This document shows, in pieces, positions 8,720 through 16,477 of a DNA stretch of 42,286 nucleotides. Position 1 is the first letter of the stretch; the number at the start of each line of letters is the position of its first letter. The stretch spans positions 1 through 42,286 of IMG/VR virus record IMGVR_UViG_3300012942_000019; one strand, written 5' to 3'. The notes under the pieces are model-generated. The model saw only the letters and a list, made by a program, of their open reading frames with translations, had not been told where the DNA came from and did not search any database. Position numbers and translations under genes: made by a program. This DNA comes from a virus. Taxonomy: Duplodnaviria > Caudoviricetes.

Positions 8720-9378
8720 CGTCGGATCTTCCTTAGTTCAGTGTCCAGTGAAATAGGGTAGGCGTTTCGTTCAGTAGGTCGAAGGGTCCAGTAAGCCTCG
8801 GAAGCAGCAAGTTCTTCTTCTGTGGCCTCAGTAACGGGATCGTGCAGGTAGCCACCCTCCATAGGCCACCATGGTTCGTCTGCAGGGGGTCGTACTTTGC
8901 CATACGCCTCGTCATTCAGAGAATGCCAGCGGTGGTGGCATTCTGCACAGATGCGATGCAGGTTGACCATCGGGGTGTTGTCAAGCGTTGACTTGTTCGG
9001 ACCGTGGTGTCGGTCGCCTTGCATGAACTCGACGTCTTCGACGCCCTTCTCTACCAGCCGGTTTCCGCGACACCCTACGATGGGCTGAACGCCTCCTCCG
9101 GCATTACGCAGACCGGCCCACTCACACAGCATCCCGGGGAAGATCGGAGCTACCGTAGCGGCTCGTTTACGGCCGGCAGACGTCTTGTCCTTGATCTCGT
9201 TGAGGGATTTCTGCGGGCGGCCAACAAGACCGTAGCTTTCGGTTTCTCCACTTGTGTTTGTTTCGGCTAGCTGAATAGTGCAGCAGCATTCCAGTGCTCC
9301 ATCTTCGGTCTCGTGAGGGTGGCTGCACTCGTCGTGATAGCCGGTGGCGCACGCGAAGCATGCGGATAGCTCGGTCAT
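8716..9378 (-). CDS. Cys/His-rich protein with an HNH-like nuclease domain
   Basis: N-terminal C..C...H..C..H and CCC. C-terminal CEW...C...HHGPNK..LDN...NLHRIC..CH..WH. Confidence 0.65.
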   Translation of the reverse strand: MTELSACFACATGYHDECSHPHETEDGALECCCTIQLAETNTSGETESYGLVGRPQKSLNEIKDKTSAGRKRAATVAPIFPGMLCEWAGLRNAGGGVQPIVGCRGNRLVEKGVEDVEFMQGDRHHGPNKSTLDNTPMVNLHRICAECHHRWHSLNDEAYGKVRPPADEPWWPMEGGYLHDPVTEATEEELAASEAYWTLRPTERNAYPISLDTELRKIRR

Positions 9379-11090
9379 GCCACCTCACCCGACTTCATCT
9401 TCTCGGTGAGGTCTCGTGCCATCTGGCCGAAGTCCTCGCGGTACTCGCCCTCGAACAGCTGCAACTGCTTCTCCTTATGCGCAATGATGCCGGCCATCCA
9501 GGTGTCGATGGTCGCACGAAGGCGCCACACATAGACGTCACTGTCGCGGACCTGACCGATTCGGTTGGTGCGTGCGTATGCCTGGTCGCGCTTCCCGGGA
9601 TTCCACTCCTCGTCGAGGATGTGGGTCACGTTCGCTCCTGTGAGGTTCAGTCCTGTGCCGCCGGTGCGGTAGTTCGCTAGCACAACATCCCATCGAGGGT
9701 GTTCGACACCGGCTGCGAAGTCATCGCGAATCGCCTGCCGTGTCGTCTTGCTGGTGTCGCCATCGAGGCGCACAGCTCGGATGCCGCGTTGGTGCATACG
9801 TCGCTCCATCTCTACGAGTGCACTCTTGAACTGGCTGAAGATGATCTGCCGGCGCCCTTCTGCCTGAAGCACTTCGACAGCGTCGAGGATCTCATCGAGT
9901 TTCTGGCTCTCTTGAATTTCTGTGCTGACATCGAGGATGACGTTTCCGAGGCCGTCCTCGATACGGATGCCACCGGGCCACACGTTCGCTTGGCGCTTGC
10001 GCGTGATGATGGACAGCAGATGCATGAGGGTCGCACTCTGGCCGGATTCCAGCATGATCGTCGCAGCCTTCGAGACCTGCTGGATGACGCGGTACTGCTT
10101 CGGGTACGTCTGACGGTCTAGGTCCATTGCCATGATGTGCACCCGCTGTTCGGGCAGTGTGATGCCTGCATCCTCACGGCTGCGTGCGATGTAGAACGGT
10201 GCCATGAGTTCGCGGATTCGGGCAGCGCCGCCCTTGAGGAAGACGCGCTTGCCGGTGAAATCGGTGATGGTGTAGTTCTGCTCGAACTGCTTCTTCTCGG
10301 GGAACATCAGCGGGTCGATCAGGTGCAGCATCGGGTAAAGGTCGGTAGGTGTGTTGAGGATCGGTGTACCTGTCATGAACAGGACGTTCTGCACGCTTCG
10401 TGTGTTCTGCCAGTAAGCCCAGCGTCCGTCGGTGTTCTTACGCGGTTGTGTTCGGTCCCAGCCGCAGCCGGGACAGTGTGCCGGCTTGCGTCGTGACTCT
10501 CCTGGCACTTTCGGCATGAGCAGTCCGAACATCGCTGTGCCGCATTTTGGGCACTTGTTGTCGAGCGTGATCAGCGCGCTGACGTAGTCGTAGTTGCTTG
10601 TCCTCGTCGACTTGATGTTGTGTGCCTCGTCGACGATCACGGTGTCAGGCTGCCAGCGCACCATCGATTCGAGGAGCGCGTGGTCTTTGCGCCAGATCTC
10701 ATAGTTCACGAGGATGACGGCTTCACGCTTGAGCCATACCTCGCGCATGATCTCAGCGCGAGCTTGCGGCCGCTTCTTCGCGAGGACGTAGGCTGTGCGG
10801 TGTGGTGCCCATCGCATCACCTCGCCGGCGAACTGCTCGACTACTCCGGCTTCGCAGACGATGACGACTTTCTTGGCGCCGATGAGGTCAAGCCACATGA
10901 TGCTCGTGAGCGTCTTGCCGAGTCCCATCTCGTCGCCGAGAATCCAGCGTGGGCTGGCTGTGCCGAACAGCGCACCGGACCACTGGTGGTCCATGGCGTC
11001 GTCGTACCACACCAGTCCTGCGCTGGCTTCTCGGTAGAGCTTCTCGAACTCGGCGGCTTCGTCGAGTTCAAGCTCAGTGGTCGCGGTCAA
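9375..11090 (-). CDS. SNF2-family (SF2) DNA helicase
   Basis: ILGDEMGLGKT, VNYE, IVDEAH, MTGTPILN, IIFSQF, GGTGLNLT, WNPG..DQA.AR..RIGQ. Confidence 0.92.
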   Translation of the reverse strand: MTATTELELDEAAEFEKLYREASAGLVWYDDAMDHQWSGALFGTASPRWILGDEMGLGKTLTSIMWLDLIGAKKVVIVCEAGVVEQFAGEVMRWAPHRTAYVLAKKRPQARAEIMREVWLKREAVILVNYEIWRKDHALLESMVRWQPDTVIVDEAHNIKSTRTSNYDYVSALITLDNKCPKCGTAMFGLLMPKVPGESRRKPAHCPGCGWDRTQPRKNTDGRWAYWQNTRSVQNVLFMTGTPILNTPTDLYPMLHLIDPLMFPEKKQFEQNYTITDFTGKRVFLKGGAARIRELMAPFYIARSREDAGITLPEQRVHIMAMDLDRQTYPKQYRVIQQVSKAATIMLESGQSATLMHLLSIITRKRQANVWPGGIRIEDGLGNVILDVSTEIQESQKLDEILDAVEVLQAEGRRQIIFSQFKSALVEMERRMHQRGIRAVRLDGDTSKTTRQAIRDDFAAGVEHPRWDVVLANYRTGGTGLNLTGANVTHILDEEWNPGKRDQAYARTNRIGQVRDSDVYVWRLRATIDTWMAGIIAHKEKQLQLFEGEYREDFGQMARDLTEKMKSGEVA

Positions 11091-11241
11091 AGGGGTCGCC
11101 GATCTTGGTGATGTTGCGTTGTGCCTGGATGCTGCGCTTGTTTGCTCGGTGGGCGCTGACGCGCTCCACCACCGCCGCGACGACGAGCACCACGAGGATG
11201 ATCGCCGCCACGACGGGTAGGAACAGCTGGTCGAATCGCAT
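11074..11241 (-). CDS. Small membrane protein (55 aa)
   Basis: Translated by hand: MRFDQLFLPVVAAIILVVLVVAAVVERVSAHRANKR... One N-terminal hydrophobic helix followed by a basic tail; fills the gap between 11247 and the helicase. Confidence 0.65.
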   Translation of the reverse strand: MRFDQLFLPVVAAIILVVLVVAAVVERVSAHRANKRSIQAQRNITKIGDPFDRDH

Positions 11242-11246
11242 GATGC

Positions 11247-11618
11247 CTACTCGGTCGTCCGAGCCTTGCGGATAGCGAGGGCGACGGTCTTGCCAAAGTA
11301 GGCCTGTCCGTCTTCGCCAAGTGCTTCGAGGACGGCCGCGGAGTTCGGCTCCAGCTGGTACAGGTCGCCGAAGTCGTCGGCCGGAAAGTCGCGCTGGAAG
11401 AGAACCTTGTTCAGCGTGCCTCGCTTCTCGGTGAGATCCAGCTCGTAGTTCTCGCCGTCGTGTTCCAGAGCGTACTTCCCGGGCTTGAACTGCTTCTTGG
11501 CTCGGTCTTTGAGTTCGGTCAGTTCAGCAGTGGATGCCTTGATCTGCTCGTCCAGTTCGGCCATGCGCGCGATGTCGCTTGCCGTGAGGTCGGGCTTCTT
11601 CGTGTCGTTGCGGGCCAC
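11247..11618 (-). CDS. Hypothetical protein (probable GTG start at 11618; ORF extends to 11660)
   Basis: Protein-like composition with a coiled-coil N-terminus; lies downstream of the promoter motif at 11683-11694. Confidence 0.7.
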   Translation of the reverse strand: MARNDTKKPDLTASDIARMAELDEQIKASTAELTELKDRAKKQFKPGKYALEHDGENYELDLTEKRGTLNKVLFQRDFPADDFGDLYQLEPNSAAVLEALGEDGQAYFGKTVALAIRKARTTE

Positions 11619-11682
11619 GATATGTCCAATCGGTCGGTGTGCGGGCGACCATCCGGTCAAACTCCCGCGAGGGTTTTTTACT

Positions 11683-11694
11683 TTAGGCTAGCAC
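11683..11694 (-). promoter_or_regulatory. Extended -10 promoter (GTGC-TAGCCT)
   Basis: TGn-TANNNT in an intergenic AT-rich patch. The 12-mer GTGCTAGCCTAA is identical to 15649-15660. Confidence 0.6.
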
Positions 11695-11695
11695 G

Positions 11696-12193
11696 TTATT
11701 CGGCGTTGTCGATGAAGTTCCGCCAATCCGGTAGCTCGGCTATCTCGGAAGCTCGGAGAGCCACGCTCGCCAACTGGCCGGCGCATGCCGCCAGTTCGTC
11801 GGCGTAGCGCTGCAGGTCTTCGATGGAGTCCATCTGAGGATCGATCTGCTGCAGGTCCAATGTGATCGCGGCGAGCTTCCGCGGCTGCTTGTGCGCGAGG
11901 ATCGCGTCGAGTGCTGCCTGCGGTCCGTACTGCTTGACGGCGATACGCCGCTCGGCGCTTGTCACGCTGGGGATGTCGTCGCCGAGGTAGACGTCCCAGC
12001 CTCGCGGCTGTTCGTCGCCGAGATAGAAGCGTCGCGGCCGCACACCCGGAATCTCGTGGATCTCGTTGTCCTGTTCGACGGCGAGATAGATCGTCGCCAA
12101 TGCCAAGCCTGTGCGCTCATGCAGCATCTTCGGCGTGTAGGCACGCGCCGGCTTCATGGCGTCGTGCAGCTTGCGCCGCGTCGACTTACGCAT
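11696..12193 (-). CDS. Hypothetical protein with a possible N-terminal winged-HTH
   Basis: YTPKMLHERTGLALATIY resembles an HTH. Probable ATG at 12193 (ORF extends to 12205). Confidence 0.6.
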   Translation of the reverse strand: MRKSTRRKLHDAMKPARAYTPKMLHERTGLALATIYLAVEQDNEIHEIPGVRPRRFYLGDEQPRGWDVYLGDDIPSVTSAERRIAVKQYGPQAALDAILAHKQPRKLAAITLDLQQIDPQMDSIEDLQRYADELAACAGQLASVALRASEIAELPDWRNFIDNAE

Positions 12194-12521
12194 GCGTTTC
12201 ACCACTTGCGAACGTCACGCTGACGCGCTGCTCGGGTACGTCGATGTAGATGTCACCGTTGACGCTCACCCGAACGGATGCCTCGACGCCAAGAGCGTTC
12301 AGCACGTCGACCACTTCCTGTGGCTTAGTCACGGTGTGCACGGCTTCGGGCAGCTCGGATAGGATCTCGCTTTCCGCTGCGTTGTACGCCTCGATGCTTG
12401 CAGCTTCGATGAATGACATGAAGTTTGCGAGTGGCAGATCGGCGATACGTGCCTGACTTCGTGACAGTTCACGAAGTGCGGTTCGGATGATGTCCGATTT
12501 GGTCTGCTCGGTGATGGGCAT
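12186..12521 (-). CDS. Hypothetical protein
   Basis: ATG directly follows the previous TAA; SD AAGAGG. Confidence 0.7.
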   Translation of the reverse strand: MPITEQTKSDIIRTALRELSRSQARIADLPLANFMSFIEAASIEAYNAAESEILSELPEAVHTVTKPQEVVDVLNALGVEASVRVSVNGDIYIDVPEQRVSVTFASGETHA

Positions 12522-13031
12522 TTAGGCGCCTCTTTCGATTTCGGAGGCAGCGATGATGAAGTCGCTGCCATAGGGGAGAAAAGTCTGGATGCGTTTCGCC
12601 TGACGGCGTCCGGCAAGCCACAGTCTGTAAGCCTTTCGCGAGTCGGTCTCGTAACCCATATCGATGGCGAAGTCCTGGAAGCTGTCATATTCCCGCAGGT
12701 CTTTTGCCTCAGCAAGAACGGAGATGAAGACATCGAAGGGCTTGACTGTGTATTTCAGAATGCCAGTACCGGTTTTGTAGGCGACACGGATGTTCTGCCC
12801 GTCGTCTCTGGTCATCGTCAGCTGCCAGAGCGTGTGGTCCCAGCCTTCGTCGTCGGTCTCATAGAGACCGTCTCCGTTGCAACTCAGGAGCAGTCGGATG
12901 CTGGCATCCGGCGTGATGTCGCTGTCTACTTCGTTTTGCAACTCGTCGAGAGTTGCTGCGGATTCGATATAGACGCCGTCCATTTCTCGGATGAGGTGGG
13001 CGGTGTCGCGGAATCTAATGCGGGTATCCAT
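12522..13031 (-). CDS. Hypothetical phage protein with an F..F....GY..DSRKA motif
   Basis: Strong SD (AAGAAAGGAC). The C-terminal motif resembles a recurring uncharacterised phage family (from recall, not searched). Confidence 0.75.
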   Translation of the reverse strand: MDTRIRFRDTAHLIREMDGVYIESAATLDELQNEVDSDITPDASIRLLLSCNGDGLYETDDEGWDHTLWQLTMTRDDGQNIRVAYKTGTGILKYTVKPFDVFISVLAEAKDLREYDSFQDFAIDMGYETDSRKAYRLWLAGRRQAKRIQTFLPYGSDFIIAASEIERGA

Positions 13032-13055
13032 GGATTTGTGTCCTTTCTTGCTTAG

Positions 13056-13589
13056 TTAGTAAACGTCGCCAGCTTGCTTAGCACGTCGGGCCTTCTCGCT
13101 CAGGAAGACAAGGATGTGGCGGGCCGTTTCGTGCGTTTCGTCGAACGGCGTGAGATCAGCGACGCGCCGACCGATCCAGTTGGGCCCATGTTCGGTGTCG
13201 GAGAGCGACTCGAAAGCATCCCGGTACTCGTCCGGCTCGCCCTCGGGGGCGAATTTGGACTCAGGTATCGCCCATCTTTCCTCTGCTACGTGCGCCTCGT
13301 CAGCAATTGCGGCGCGCACGCGGTCGATCCACTCGGACCGCTCCTCACCGTTCAGCGTTTCCCAGACCTCGCTGTCGAATTCGGCTGTGAAGGAGTATCG
13401 ATTACTCGTCTTGCTCATCGCGTCAGGCCCCTGTTCTGCGCGGCCTTCCTCTTGTGCCTCCCGCTGCGCCTCGCGGGCGGCGGCGACTGCGGCGTCGTAC
13501 GCGATGCGGCGGGTGTGCTCGCTGAGGGTTCGGCCGGCGACGTACGCCGTCCCGGCGACGTCCTGGGCGATCTGCTCTGGCGTTCTCAT
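13056..13589 (-). CDS. Hypothetical protein
   Basis: ATGA overlap with the upstream gene and SD GGAG. Confidence 0.7.
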   Translation of the reverse strand: MRTPEQIAQDVAGTAYVAGRTLSEHTRRIAYDAAVAAAREAQREAQEEGRAEQGPDAMSKTSNRYSFTAEFDSEVWETLNGEERSEWIDRVRAAIADEAHVAEERWAIPESKFAPEGEPDEYRDAFESLSDTEHGPNWIGRRVADLTPFDETHETARHILVFLSEKARRAKQAGDVY

Positions 13590-13999
13590 CGGGATGCCAC
13601 CACATCTCCGTGCGTGTTCACGAGCTGTGCGGGTCCACGGCGCCCGTACTTGTCGAGCCGGTAGTAGGCCTCGTTCTCGTTGTCATAGGCACGCGAGAAC
13701 GTCAGGATGCCGTCACGGTCGAATGCCTGCAGGATCAGCGCGTTTTCATTCATCGTGCGGCCGCTCAGCCGGCCGGCTGCCGTCACCTCGAAGACGTGCA
13801 GCTTGTCGCGATACTCCGGGTTGGTGATCGCGTAGTTCAGCATGGAGTTGTCGCTGATCCGGTAGCTGTGGGTCCAGCGTGACCATTCATTGGCGAGGTC
13901 GACGATGTGGATCGGGTTTCCGTAGACCGTCGAGCCGATGACTCGGGTGTGGTCGATGGTGCCGATCACCCATTCCTTGAAGCTCTGTCCGTAGTCCAT
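13586..13999 (-). CDS. Hypothetical early protein
   Basis: SD AAAGGAC; first gene after the leftward promoter at about 14050. Confidence 0.75.
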   Translation of the reverse strand: MDYGQSFKEWVIGTIDHTRVIGSTVYGNPIHIVDLANEWSRWTHSYRISDNSMLNYAITNPEYRDKLHVFEVTAAGRLSGRTMNENALILQAFDRDGILTFSRAYDNENEAYYRLDKYGRRGPAQLVNTHGDVVASR

Positions 14000-14047
14000 G
14001 GTTCGTGTCCTTTTCTCTGGCGGGGTGTTTGAAACTTTCTAAAACCA

Positions 14048-14057
14048 ACTGTAGCAC
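14048..14057 (-). promoter_or_regulatory. Leftward (early) extended -10 promoter GTGC-TACAGT with upstream A/T tracts
   Basis: TGn-TACAGT lies about 50 nt upstream of the 13999 start; AT-rich tracts at 14080-14170. Confidence 0.55.
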
Positions 14058-14284
14058 CGGATCGACAGAATCCGGAATGTTTTTCAAAAACACTTTCTGG
14101 ACGTTTTCCGGATTTTGGGGTTTTGCCCTAGAAAACACTGGGGAGTAGGGCATGGCCGCAATTCAAAAAAAACTTCTGGCGATAGGCTCAGCGGAGTCCC
14201 CCGGAGCAGAGCCTATGGGGCTGCGGTCCTCGCGGGTGCTGCGGTCCTCGCCCCCCGGCTCAGCGGTCTTGTATAGTTTCATAC

Positions 14285-14488
14285 ATGAGTGTGAAGCCGA
14301 GCGAGCAGGTGCGGAAGAGTCGCGAGCGTGTGCAGGCTGTGCAGCAACTGACGTCGGAGAGTCGGACTGCTGTGTCTGCTGTCGGGAGTGTGGTGGTGCT
14401 GGTGTATGAAAACGACAATCTGGAGCTTTCACAAGTGTTCGTAGATGGCGTCGTTTACAACGTCACGCCGGCACAGCCTGTCAACTGA
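14285..14488 (+). CDS. Small hypothetical protein (67 aa), probably leaderless, opposite in orientation to its neighbours
   Basis: TATAGT (14272-14277) lies 7 nt before the ATG with no SD. Protein-like helix plus beta strands; converges on the 14610-14658 hairpin. Confidence 0.55.
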   Translation: MSVKPSEQVRKSRERVQAVQQLTSESRTAVSAVGSVVVLVYENDNLELSQVFVDGVVYNVTPAQPVN

Positions 14489-14609
14489 TTTCGCGCACGG
14501 ATTTCGCTTGTGTCTGTTCCATACATGTTTGATTCATTCTATGCATGAAACATACGTCTGCCGTTGACGCCGCCGCATTCAGGCACTTGATTCCATGCAT
14601 GCTCGCGTG

Positions 14610-14658
14610 TGCATGAAAAATACCCCCGACCATTTCGGCCGAGGGTATTTTTCATGCA
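14610..14658. terminator. Probable bidirectional intrinsic terminator
   Basis: 16-bp perfect arms TGCATGAAAAATACCC / GGGTATTTTTCATGCA around a GC-rich inner stem. T runs on both strands; lies between convergent ORFs. Confidence 0.75.
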
Positions 14659-14665
14659 GCTGTCC

Positions 14666-15019
14666 TCACTTGATGCGGACGCCGCCACGGATCACGCCGA
14701 AACCGTAGTATCCGATTCCCGACTTGACGAGCTGGCCTCGGCCGCCTTCAGCGCGGAACCTGCTGGCGTAGGTGATGCCCTTCAACTTGTTCTGGAACGT
14801 GTGCACCGTGCGCAGCTGATAGGCCCTCCATGCGTTCGCGCTCGGGTTTGCGGCGCGAGCGACGTTGTAGCTCGGCTCGCGGAGCCGCTCCCAGAGCGTG
14901 CCGCGCTGTGAGTTGAGCTTGAGGAATTCGGCCAGGGCGATGGTACGCCGGTCGGCGTCGGCGATGAGCACGCCGTCCTTGCGCGTGATGATCGGATCGG
15001 AGATGAGCTTCGCGGTCAT
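14666..15019 (-). CDS. Hypothetical basic protein (117 aa, MTAKLISDPIITRKDG...)
   Basis: ATG at 15019 follows GAAAGGACAC; a terminator lies immediately downstream. The longer 15421 start in the track is unlikely. Confidence 0.7.
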   Translation of the reverse strand: MTAKLISDPIITRKDGVLIADADRRTIALAEFLKLNSQRGTLWERLREPSYNVARAANPSANAWRAYQLRTVHTFQNKLKGITYASRFRAEGGRGQLVKSGIGYYGFGVIRGGVRIK

Positions 15020-15648
15020 TGCTCTGTGTCCTTTCGGTTCAGGTCGCCGTGGTTGGCGACACGTCAAAGCTCTCATGGCAGATGCCGGCGACAAAGTCGA
15101 CGTCGGATTCGACCACTTGTTTCCGTGCGAATGAGACGACGACAGGCTGAAGCCTGCCGCCGTTCGGTTTACTTGTTCGCTGGTTGCTCCACAATGGGAT
15201 GGCCGGCATTGGGTCCGTGGAACATGACGTTGTGGAACGTGACAGCCGGTGCGCTGGGAAGGCGGTTGCCGTAGGTGTGGCCGCACAGGCGGCACTGAAA
15301 GACAGTCATGATCAGTTCTCCTTCCGCACGCCGCTACGCACGTTTTCAGTGATGGAACACGAGGCGCACAGATCGCGGTCAGCGTCCGTGTCTGCCCACC
15401 AACCGAGCTGCCTCGTGACATGACGTCCGCCCTTGTGCGTGCGTCCGCATCCGTTGCAGATGGTCACGTCTTTCTGCCGGTTGTACATCGCGGCGGTCCT
15501 TTCCGTGCCGGCGTTTCCGGCGACATGACCACAATGTCTCGTGTCTCCGCGATGTTGTATCGGGCCGTAGAGAAAATAGCTTGATGGCTCTTTGCTCCCC
15601 CCTTTCCCTCATTTTCTTGCTAGCCTAGCCATCCTGTCCCCGAAACCT

Positions 15649-15660
15649 GTGCTAGCCTAA
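15649..15660 (+). promoter_or_regulatory. Rightward extended -10 promoter (GTGC-TAGCCT), leaderless
   Basis: TAGCCT is followed by 7 nt and then ATG 15666, with no SD. A second TGCTAGCCT lies at 15618-15626. Confidence 0.6.
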
Positions 15661-15665
15661 CCACC

Positions 15666-15959
15666 ATGACAGAGATCGAGACACGATTCGCTACTGCTGC
15701 CCGCGACAAGCTACCCACCGAAAGCCAGAAGCACGCTGCCAAGGAATTGAGAAAGCGTGTCCTGGATCTGGCCTACGAGATCGACTTCGCCGTGCCTGAC
15801 GGTAGATGGAAATCACTGGCCCTGACTGCACTGGAGGAGACTCTGATGTGGGCGAACAAGGCGATCTTCAACCAGGATGCCGTCGACCGAGAGAACCGGA
15901 TGAAGTTGCAGAACCAGTACGGCTCTGCAACTTCCGGAGTTGACAGGAGCGGATCGTAA
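15666..15959 (+). CDS. Acb2/Tad1-like helical-hairpin protein (candidate anti-CBASS/anti-Thoeris nucleotide sponge)
   Basis: P.GRWKSLALTALEETLMWANKAI resembles the C-terminal hairpin of Tad1 (SRENACALTHVEEALMW-like) and Acb2 (PGRW...RAIAQP-like), as recalled. Confidence 0.6.
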   Translation: MTEIETRFATAARDKLPTESQKHAAKELRKRVLDLAYEIDFAVPDGRWKSLALTALEETLMWANKAIFNQDAVDRENRMKLQNQYGSATSGVDRSGS

Positions 15960-16477
15960 TGGACACGACATTCACCCCGTCAACAGACCAGGACCGTCAG
16001 TTCTTCTCGTGGTTGGGCGCGAACATCAACGGCTTCGTTGCTCTGTCTGAGCTCCTCGACGAAGACGCCGCACTCCGGGAAGAGGACATGAAGTACCTTG
16101 AACCCGAGGGGGGATTCGACTACCAACTCCACGACCACGCTGCAGGACTGGTCGTACAGATCATCACTGATCTCGCAAAGCGGTTGTACACCCTGAGCCA
16201 TGAAGACGAGATTGCGGCGGAGAGTGCTGACCCGCTCGACGAGCTGGTGAGCCTTCTCAGTGGCAAGGATAGGGTGGACTACCGCTGGATTCCTGATGGT
16301 CAGTACACCGGTCTCGAACATGATGTCGAGACAAACGCTATTGAGCTGCTGAAGACGCTGAGCTTTGCTGAGATCACTGACATGCTGAAGCGCATCGCCG
16401 ACCGCGAAAAGGCTATCAGCTATGCAACTCTGGCGTACGGAGACGTCAGGGCGATCATCAAGGGAGTCCTCTCATGA
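15959..16477 (+). CDS. Hypothetical acidic protein
   Basis: SD AGGAG and TAATG overlap. Confidence 0.75.
   Translation: MDTTFTPSTDQDRQFFSWLGANINGFVALSELLDEDAALREEDMKYLEPEGGFDYQLHDHAAGLVVQIITDLAKRLYTLSHEDEIAAESADPLDELVSLLSGKDRVDYRWIPDGQYTGLEHDVETNAIELLKTLSFAEITDMLKRIADREKAISYATLAYGDVRAIIKGVLS

Noticed and set aside
6172-9378. Methyltransferase plus HNH protein as a restriction-modification pair
   Set aside because: The genes are separated by five ORFs and the HNH-like gene is coupled to the helicase. Nothing in the sequence links their specificities.
15020-15421. N-terminal extension of ORF 14666-15421 given in the track
   Set aside because: The extension is R/C/S/P-rich and not protein-like, and a strong SD precedes ATG 15019.
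14000-15660. Possible CRISPR mini-array or tRNA in the intergenic region
   Set aside because: The repeats are short (7-16 nt) and irregularly spaced. No cloverleaf with a T-loop and acceptor stem was recognised; tRNAscan and cmscan were not run.
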